Source of the DNA: Chiloscyllium plagiosum
Lineage: Eukaryota
Assembly (NCBI RefSeq): GCF_004010195.1
Contig: NW_025215381.1
Location: 439,003 to 469,891 of the forward strand
DNA length: 30,889 nucleotides
Direction: 5' to 3'
The notes under the pieces were generated by a model that saw nothing but the letters and a program-made list of their open reading frames with translations, was not told the DNA's origin and ran no database searches. The position numbers and the translations under genes were made by a program. Shown here in pieces: positions 23,143 through 30,889 of this stretch (position 1 is its first letter; the number at the start of each line of letters is the position of its first letter).

Positions 23143-24004
23143 CCACAAATTCACATCAAAACATGCTCAAGGAACAGGAGGTGGTCATTAGGTCCATCTA
23201 GCCTATTCTTATTTTTCAATGACACCAAGACTGATCTATATCTTAATTCTCTTCACCCAATTTACTTCTTCAATTCTTAACAGATTTGCCAAAAATCAAT
23301 CTCCCATTATTTGGCTCAAAGATGAGAAGGATGGCTTGTGTGGACGATAGAGATGTCAGTGATGCAGCAACAATACTCTTTCGAAATTGGGGATTGGGAT
23401 TGGGATTCTGTTCAGATATATCTGCAACCACCTGATGCCATGTAAGACCGTGGCAGTGACTAATGAAACATGGCTGATGAAGCTTCACATCTGATCCTCC
23501 TTGCACCTGACCCGGGTGTGCTCTGGGTACTACAACATGGAAGAATAGATGTTAATCCCCCACCCTCATGATCTGAAACTCTCACGGGGGAATAAAATGC
23601 TGGGTGTTTGATTTATGTTTCAATTTATCACCAGAAAATGTCACAAAAGCTGTTCAAAAGCAGAACCAAATTGTGGTGTTTTGTAACATCTCAAATTTAC
23701 ATACTGATGCATTATTGATCCTATTCATGCCTTGTCCCTTCACCTGAATGGTCCTAATAGAACTTTTTCTTAGCCTTTAGTACATGAAGTACTAATCCCC
23801 AATGATGCATATGGGCAAGGGAAGACCAAAAGTAGCCTTCAGACGAAAGGAGTTAAGGTTTTGACACGAGAGAGCAAATGTAAGAATCATATCGCATTCC
23901 AGTATCATTTGGAAGCCATGCGCTCTGCCCTACCTTCATTAATGCTATTAAAAGCTCCCGACTACACATTTATTCGAGAAACTTCTTAAGTAAATTATAC
24001 CATA

Positions 24005-24544
24005 GGTTTGTGAGAAGATTTGTAGCTCGGGTGCTCGTTGTTGTGGTTCTGTTCGTTGAGCTGGGAATTTGTCCCCTGTCTAGGTGACATCCTCAGTGCT
24101 TGGGAGCCTCCTGTGAAGCCCTTCTGTGATCTTTCCTCCGGCATTTGTAGTGGTTTGAATCTGCCGCTTCCGGTTGTCAGTTCCAGCTGTNNNNNNNNNN
24201 NNNNNNNNNNNNNNNNNNNNNNNNNNNNNNNNNCATGAATTCGACTGGGACAACACTACTATTCTAGGACAAGCCAAACAGAGAACAGCCAGGGAGTTTT
24301 TAGAGGCATGGCACTCATCCACAGATTCAATCAATAAACACATCGACCTGGACCCAATATACAGGCCACTGCAATGGACAGCTGGAACTGACAACCGGAA
24401 GCGGCAGATTCAAACCACTACAAATGCCGGAGGAAAGATCACAGAAGCGCTTCATAGGAGGCTCCCAAGCACTGAGGATGTCACCTAGACAGGGGACGAA
24501 ACATCTGCAACACAAATTCCCAGCTCGGCGAACAGAACCACAAC
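24005..24544 (+). mobile_element. Penelope/Poseidon-like element: GIY-YIG endonuclease C-terminus plus inverted terminal copy, with 13-bp TSD
   Basis: HEFDWDNTTILGQAKQRTAREFLEAWHS...INKHIDLDPIY; inverted arms 24039-24190 / 24378-24545; aaattataccata at 23992-24004 and 24545-24557; 43-N gap at 24191-24233. Confidence 0.85.
24469..24508 (+). ncRNA. Minimal type I hammerhead ribozyme motif (PLE-associated)
   Basis: gca-CTGAGGA-t-gtcacct(agac)aggggac-GAAAC-ATC-tgc: both core boxes, stem II with one A.G mismatch, NUH triplet AUC and a 3-bp stem I. Confidence 0.55.
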
Positions 24545-24914
24545 AAATTATACCATAATTACTTCATCCTTCCATTGGCGGGACTTTAGGAGGGGATACA
24601 ACGGCTATGTAACTTGCTTACACAGGCAATCTCCATTCTAAAACATGGACATTATAATGGAAAGGTTTACAGAAAGCACCCACAGATGTAAAATATAGAT
24701 CAATACAACTCTGGAACCTGTGGTGCAGTCAAACTTATCACATCAGTTGTTACTCAGGCATAGCAGGTTATAATCTCTCAATTTTTCATTAAAAAAAACC
24801 ATGGTAGCCAAGAACAGTATAACCAGAAGACTAACCAAAAACATATGGCGCAAGCCTCCAGAGGGAAGGCACGCCATTGTAATAATAGCAGAAGGCATAA
24901 TGCATGAGAAGATT

Positions 24915-25310
24915 AAAAAACTGTAGACTTTCAATCTCTGGAGTTAAGAATGAGTGGTGATCTCATTCAAAAATACAAATTTTTTGCAGGGCCTAACAGG
25001 GCGAATACAGGAAGGATGTCTCCCCTTGAACCAGGGGAGACCGTTTCAGAATATCGTTAGTGCATTTAAGATTGAGATGAGGAAGAATTGCAACATTCTG
25101 GGGTAGAGAATTCCAAAAATTCACCACGCTCTGGGAGCTGTGGAGAATTCATCATAATGGTCAAAACCTCAAGAGATTGATAAATTTCTGTACATTAGTA
25201 AAATCAAGGGATAAAGGGAAAATTGTGCAAGTACAAGATCAGCCATGACCTGCATGAAGGCTGAGGGGGCCCCAAAGAGTTGAGTAACTTATTCCTGTTC
25301 TTATGTTCTT
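24915..25310 (+). mobile_element. Degraded CR1 3' end
   Basis: agaatgagtggtgatctcattcaaaaatacaaa (RM.GDLIQ.YK) and tail gatcagccatga...cttattcctgttcttatgttct. Confidence 0.6.
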
Positions 25311-25394
25311 TTCCAGTTGCGACTGCTTTATCAGCATTTGTCTCTCCACTGCACTGCAAGGTCTTTCAGCTCCCTGTCTGTTTTGAACTTGTAC

Positions 25395-25643
25395 CTTGGG
25401 AGGTGCCTCGTCTTCCATCTTCACCCATGGCCCAGAGTCGTCCCTGTTGTTGGCACGGGGTGGGAGTACAGGAGTCTCTGAGGTCGGGTCAGAGTTCTGA
25501 CGCAGCATCTCACCACGCTTCACTGGTGCAGGTTCCTGGGTTGGGAAGGCAGCGACATTCTTGGTCGGTTGGTCTTGAAGTGACTGAGACCGCGGCACCG
25601 GTGCTGACGACGGCTTCAGCGCAACAAGGTGCGCCACTTGAAA
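25395..25643 (-). CDS. MINK1: MINK1 internal coding exon (249 nt, phase 0/0): FQVAHLVALKPSSAPVPRSQSLQDQPTKN...RQNSDPTSE...EDEAPPK
   Basis: Acceptor ccttttttgcag|TTT, donor AAG|gtacaa. APVPRSQSLQDQPT, RQNSDPTSE and EAPPK match recalled MINK1. Confidence 0.92.
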
Positions 25644-26167
25644 CTGCAAAAAAGGCTCCAGTGAGAACTCAAAGGACACTGGAAGAGCAGAGGCCAATTT
25701 ATAGTTGCTTTACAACTATTAATGCCCCACCACAAACTGACACAAATGCAGCAGTTGCTGCAAATCTGAAACAAATGCAAAGAAACAGAGGCAAGACTCA
25801 GCAGGTCAAACAGAGTCCAAAAGCTGAATCTTTAAACATTTTCTCATTCCACTGATGCTGCCTACACTAATGAGCATTTCCAGCATAATTAAGTCAACTT
25901 CCTCTGTCACCTACATATTCAAAGATACATGGCAAATTACTGCAACTATTAATTTTTGTTGCATAAACCAGGCACCACAAGTACATGAGCCTCAGCTACT
26001 TAGAATCTATATTAATGACTTAACAAGGAAGTTGAGGGCATTTGGTCTTGATACAAAGTTAGAAGTGATAGGAAGTGCAAAGTTGGAGAAGGATACAGAC
26101 AGATTAGTGTGACTTGATAGACTGCTGCATTAGGACACGGAACGTTAACAGTATGATGGAGAACTAC

Positions 26168-26347
26168 CTTTGACTGGGCTCCCTGCGGCTCCACAGGTCG
26201 GTGCATGGGTGGTGTCTGAGAGTTTTGGGCAGCACTGCTGGGTACGGATTCTGTGAGTGACTGCAGCGATGGATCAGATATTGTCGTCCCCATCTTAGGC
26301 TTCGCACCAGGAGAGTTCTGTCTGTTCATTTTGGAGCGTTCTTCAAC
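26168..26347 (-). CDS. MINK1: MINK1 internal coding exon (180 nt, phase 0/0): VEERSKMNRQNSPGAKPK...SQTPPMHRPVEPQGAQSK
   Basis: Acceptor ...ctgtccatgaag|GTT after a long (CT)n tract; donor AAG|gtagtt. Peptide resembles recalled human MINK1 VEERTRMNKQQNSPLAK...SQTPPMQRPVEPQEGPHK. Confidence 0.88.
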
Positions 26348-26356
26348 CTTCATGGA

Positions 26357-26391
26357 CAGAGAGAGAGAAAAAGAGCGAGAGAGAAAGTGAC

Positions 26392-26421
<30 letters not shown>
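26357..26421. repeat. Imperfect (GA)n microsatellite forming the polypyrimidine tract of exon 26168-26347
   Basis: agagagagagaaaaagagcgagagagaaagtgacagagagagagagagagagaaaagagagagac, directly upstream of the acceptor on the minus strand. Confidence 0.9.
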
Positions 26422-26424
<3 letters not shown>

Positions 26425-26699
26425 AGTGAATCAATACCACAAATAAAATCAAGCAAGATGACACAAGATCCTCAGGCTCGGCTTTGCAACATTAATTCCA
26501 GGATCTGTTTGTATGCAGTACAAACCAGTGGTAAAATGCATTACCATTCTTAACATTTTGCTTGCCCAAGGACAAGCAACACATAATTACAACAAAGGTA
26601 ATACAAGATGGAGGACGGGAAAAATTTTGTGGCTGGAAGAGGGTTTTTTTTTAAAAAGAGATATTATAGGCGTTGGAGGGGAGTTCCTCGAATTCCAGG

Positions 26700-27823
26700 A
26701 GCAGCAAATCCTGTTTCATATGATGTTGCACTGTTTTGGAACTTTGGAGGGAAAAAAAAAGTCAAAACAACAGCTCTTTTACAAAGCAGAAAGACAGACA
26801 AAAGTCAGCGACCACATGGTCAATGAGGGAGAGAGAGAGAAACTTAAACTGCTAACTGACACAGCAGTGAATCTGCACAGTTACTGCCTTTGCTATTTGA
26901 GTTCATGCACTCCGACATCCAGAGATACATCTAGGAAAAATTAACAAACAGCGAAATTCATTGGAACTGCAACCTTGGAGTAACCTGTATGGGAGAGCTC
27001 ACAGCTCAGGAAGAGATAAATGCACAGTATTTAATGTGTAACATTGCTGCAAGTCTGCAGTAGTGAGTGGGTTCTTTCTTGATTATATGCTTTATTGAAA
27101 TCTGTCCCTTGATTAAATTTTCAAAATATAAACCGTAAGTACTAAGTTAGCCTGGAGCACTTTTTTTAGAGCAAAAAGACGGTGCTATTTTCTGGGCCTG
27201 TAGATTGTGAAGGAGCAAAGATGGCCTTTAGTCAATTGATATGATCTTTCTATTGCATGTGGGATTTAGGGAGAGCTTCCATGTTACTGATGATTATGTC
27301 TGCAGTAAGTGCATTTGGTTACGAATCCTATTGGATCGCACGGATCAGTTGCAGCGACAGATAGAGGCAATGAGAAATTTACACGAGATCGGGGACGTGA
27401 TGGATGGCAGTTATATTAAGGGAGAAAGCCGCAGATACAGTCAGGTAGATGAGTCAACTCCAGGAAAGGTAGGAGGGGTAGGCAGGTAGGGCAGCAGTCT
27501 TCTGTGGCCATCCTCATTTCAAGCAAATATACGGTTTTGGAACATTTGGAGATGATGAACTCTCAGGTGGATGTAGCTTGAACAGCCAAGTTTCTGGTAT
27601 CAAGATAGGCTCTAATGTAACGAGGGGTACATTGGGTTCCAAGCAATCAATTGTGATAGGGAACTCTCCAATCAGAGGCACAGACAGACGTTTATGTGGC
27701 CAGCAGCAAAATATTAGAGTGGTGTGTTGCCTCCCAGGTGTCAGGATATCTCACAGAGGGTGCAGAATGTTCTCAAAAGGGGAGAGGGATCAGGGGGTCA
27801 TTGTATACATTGGAACTGCAACT
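26700..27823 (+). mobile_element. Older CR1 5' portion: 5' UTR and decayed zinc-finger/esterase ORF1
   Basis: Frameshifted pieces DDYVCSKC..LRILLDR..QLQRQIEAMR and SIVIGNSPIRGTDRRLCG...VVCCLPG, homologous to ORF1 at 11273. The 5' boundary is uncertain. Confidence 0.7.
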
Positions 27824-27879
27824 GTCTGACTGCAACTGTCCAAGGTGCTGGCGATTCCACATCTGGAGTTAAAAGAACA

Positions 27880-28290
27880 ATTTTGATTCCTTTATTGAAG
27901 GAATGATATTATTTTATTGGAGGCAGTTCAGGGAAGGCTCTCTTGGATCATCCCTGGTGTGCAGGATTGCCTTATGAGCAGAGACGAAACAGGTTGCGAC
28001 TCCACTCTCTGGAATTTAGAAGAATTCGAGGTAATCGCATTGAAACATACTCTATTGTTAAGGGATTCTATGGTGTAAATACTGAGATAATGCTCCCTCT
28101 CATTGGACAGTTGAAGACAAGAGAGTATAGTTTCAGAATTAAGCGAATTTAAGACTGGGACGAGGAGGAATTTCTTCTCTAAGCGTAATGAACGTCATGG
28201 ATCTCCTTGCCAGAAAGATGAAGGGGCAGAGTCCTTGTGCATATTTAAGGCCAAGATAGATATAGATTCTTGATCAGCAGGGGTTTCAGT
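27880..28290 (+). mobile_element. Degraded CR1 ORF2 3' fragment
   Basis: GLPYEQR.NRLRLHSLEFRRIRGN.IETY remnant. Confidence 0.65.
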
Positions 28291-28294
28291 GATG

Positions 28295-29267
28295 GAATCA
28301 TGGATGTTTATACTACGAGGCGGCCATTCTATCCATTGTGTCTCTACCAGCTCCCAAAAGAGCTACTCATTCTCCAAACCCATCTGCATAATCTTCTAAT
28401 TTAATCTTTTTCAAATAAACAGCGTGCTCTCTTTTGAAACCTCCTGTGGAATCCATCTCCACCATTCTCCCAGGCAGTGTATTCCAAATCCTTACAACTC
28501 AGAATCAAGCAGCTTATTCTCATCTCACTGACGATCTTAAAATTGTGACTCCTAGTTACTGACATACCAACGAGTGGAAATAGAATATCACTCTTTACCC
28601 TGTTAGAATTGTTCATAGCTTTGGACACCTCAAAAAGGTTGTTGTAATAAGAATAAGCCTAATCTTTCCTTATATCTAAAATCATGCATTCCTGATATCA
28701 TTCTGGTGACACTCCTTTGCACTTTCTCCAGGGCTTTAACATCTTTCCTTAAATAATTCATTTGCCCCAGTGTCTGCCAACTTGCCAATATTTCTCTGAA
28801 ATCATTGAGCATCATCCACACAATTCACTATTCTCCTGAGCTGAGCATCATCTGCAACTTTAGAAATGTTGCCCTCAACACCAAACTCCAAATCATTTAT
28901 ATACATCAGACAAAGCCGGGTCCCAACATTGATCCCTGAGCACACCACTTGTCTCCAATCTGAGAAATGCCCATCTGTACTTAGACTGTTTCCTTTTAGC
29001 CAACTTCTAATCCAAGGACTGCCAAGGACACAGCAATCCCAAACATTTATAATTTGCTAGTCAATCTGCTTTCCGAAAGTCCAAATGTAAACCCATCTAC
29101 AGCACTATCCTCATCCACTTCCTGGGCTACCTCGTCAAAGAACTTAATTAAATCGGTCAGACAAGACCTGCCTTGACAATGCCATATTGACTGTTTAGTA
29201 TTAACTTATTTTTCTTTAAGTGTATATTTCTCTTATCCCAAATTATGGACTCCATAGGTTTTCCCAC
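28295..29267 (-). mobile_element. Degraded CR1 ORF2 fragments with 3' tail
   Basis: YLRKDVKALEKVQR..TRMI.GM..F.YKERLGLF remnant plus upstream RT remnants. Confidence 0.65.
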
Positions 29268-29269
29268 TA

Positions 29270-30035
29270 CAGAGGAACCTCAATTATCCGAACATCAATT
29301 ATCCGAATATTTGATGATCTGAAGGAGATCTAGAGATCCTGTTAGAAACATTACATCAAAGAGGTGCTTCCAACACTGATCACACCTGTTGTTTACAATT
29401 ATTAAAAACAAACTCTGCTTACTGACATGCTGCCAAGAACAGTCCTGGACATCGGCGGGAGCCAGGGACTGACCTCCCACCCTCTCTCTCTCCCCACAAT
29501 TTTCCCTTGAGTTCTATACACCTCAAACCCCTCTTTCCTCAGATAATCTCTCTAACATTGTCCTGTACAGGGTAAAGGTGAAACGTGAGAAAACGTTGCA
29601 GTGAAAAATTGTGTGTTGTGTGTATGCGCTATTTGAAGACTCACCCCCCCCCACCCCAAAAGGGCAGCAGCAGTCTTATTGTTGATGTCCAGTCTGGCTG
29701 CCATCTCCCCCAGGGGGTGTGTGCGTGTGCGCGCGGTGCAGGGGTGGATATTGGGGGGGGAAGGCGGCATAGTTAGATGACAGGGATGGGGTGAGGTCAG
29801 ACACGGTGCGAGATGGACAGTGCTGGGGTCGGAGTCAGAGGGGGAGTGCCCGGACAAGGGCGGCTTGGATGGTGTTGGGGGAGTCAGACAGGGTTAGGGG
29901 TGCGCATGGGGGGGACCCAGAGGTAGGGGCCCACGACGGGCAGGGGCTCATGCTTGCAAAGTGCTGCTGCCAAGTCTCCTGAACGGGGAGCAGACATTAG
30001 CAAGTGCTTGCTACGTCAATCCCATTCAACTGGTG
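29270..30035. mobile_element. Left part of a probable Tigger-like non-autonomous DNA transposon, interrupted by the Penelope-like element
   Basis: TA|cagaggaacctcaattatccgaac...attatccgaa resembles the TIR of the MITE at 1861. The right TIR is not seen in the window, so the internal extent is uncertain. Confidence 0.45.
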
Positions 30036-30889
30036 GGGGTTGAAACTTTATTGCTGGAACAGCACAGCAGGTCAGGCAGCATCCAGGGAACAGGAGATTC
30101 GACGTTTCGGGCACAGGCCCTTCTTCACATACCACCCACGCCCTCCACCTCCTCCAGGATTTCCGCTTCCCCGGTCCCCAACGCCTCATCTTCACCATGG
30201 ACATCCAGTCCCTGTACACCTCCATCCCCCATCACGAAGGACTCAAAGCACTCCGCTCCTTCCTTTCCCGCCGTACCACCCAGTACCCTTCCACCGACAC
30301 CCTCCTTCGACTGACCGAACTGGTCCTCACCCTGAACAACTTTTCTTTCCAATCCTCCCAATTCTCCAAACAAAAGGAGTAGCCATGGGCACCCACATGG
30401 GCCCCAGCTATGCCTGCCTCTTCGTAGGGTATGTGGAACAATCCATCTTCCGCAACTACACTGGCCCCACCCCCCATCTTTTTCTTCGCTACATTGATGA
30501 CTGTATCCGCGCTACCTCGTGCTCCCACGAGGAGGTTGAACAGTTCATCCACTACACTAACACCTTCCACCCCGACCTCAAATTCACCTGGACAGTCTCG
30601 GACTCCTCCCTCCCCTTCCTAGACCTTTCTGTTTCTATCTCAGGCGACCGAATCAACACGGACATCTACTACAAACCAACCGACTCCCACAGCTACCTGG
30701 ACTACACCTCCTCCCATCCTGCCCCCTGTAAAAACGCCATCCCATTCTCCCAATTCCTTCGTCTCCGCCGCATCTGCTCCCAGGAGGACCAGTTCAAAAT
30801 ACGTACAACACAGATGGCCTCCTTCTTCAAGGACCGCAATTACCCCCCCCGACGTGGTCGACGGTGCCCTCCACCGCATCTCCCCCACT
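30036..30889 (+). mobile_element. Penelope-like (Neptune-type?) retroelement: inverted terminal copy plus 5'-truncated reverse transcriptase, running off the window
   Basis: 30036-30127 is the reverse complement of the PLE tail. It is followed by MDIQSLYTSIPH, a frameshift near 30363, GVAMGTHMGPSYACLF, FLRYIDDC, LPFLD, DIYYKPTDSHSYLDYTSSHP and SQFLRLRRICS. Confidence 0.9.

Noticed and set aside
23390..23407. (GGGATT)3 as an interstitial telomere
   Set aside because: It is the reverse, not the complement, of TTAGGG, and has only three units; probably a repeat remnant.
25280..25855. 191-aa + strand ORF
   Set aside because: Antisense shadow of the GC-rich MINK1 exon plus repeat remnants; no recognisable domain and a non-ATG start.
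25745..25890. Possible old inverted PLE-tail remnant
   Set aside because: Only short motifs (ctcagcaggtca, gatgctgcc, tttccagca) remain; too decayed to call or to contain a ribozyme core.
29552..30035. GC-rich short ORFs or CpG-island promoter
   Set aside because: Low-complexity G-rich sequence inside a probable DNA transposon derivative, and the ORFs have no recognisable motifs.

Overview
Eukaryotic, repeat-rich vertebrate DNA; the repeat complement (HE1-type V-SINEs, SacSINE1-like SINEs, CR1 LINEs, Penelope-like elements) points to a shark or other elasmobranch. The window lies inside a minus-strand gene for a GCK-IV/Ste20 kinase, best matching MINK1 (misshapen-like kinase 1, MAP4K6). Eight GT-AG exons (26168-26347, 25395-25643, 20607-20692, 16275-16387, 8625-8722, 5423-5446, 4056-4231, 482-608) splice with matching phases into 1053 nt / 351 codons of the central linker between the coiled coil and the CNH domain. 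One is a 24-nt microexon (SYKRAIGE). The introns hold CR1 fragments (one with an intact zinc-finger/esterase ORF1), SINEs, a solo LTR with a 4-bp TSD, TA-flanked Tigger-like MITEs and several Penelope-like elements whose ends carry minimal hammerhead ribozyme motifs. I found no prokaryotic system or CRISPR array. The most notable signals are the hammerhead motifs (complete cores only antisense to the host gene), the microexon with an SRRM3/4-type UGC motif, and the isolated intact CR1 ORF1. Family assignments come from recalled motifs, not from database searches.
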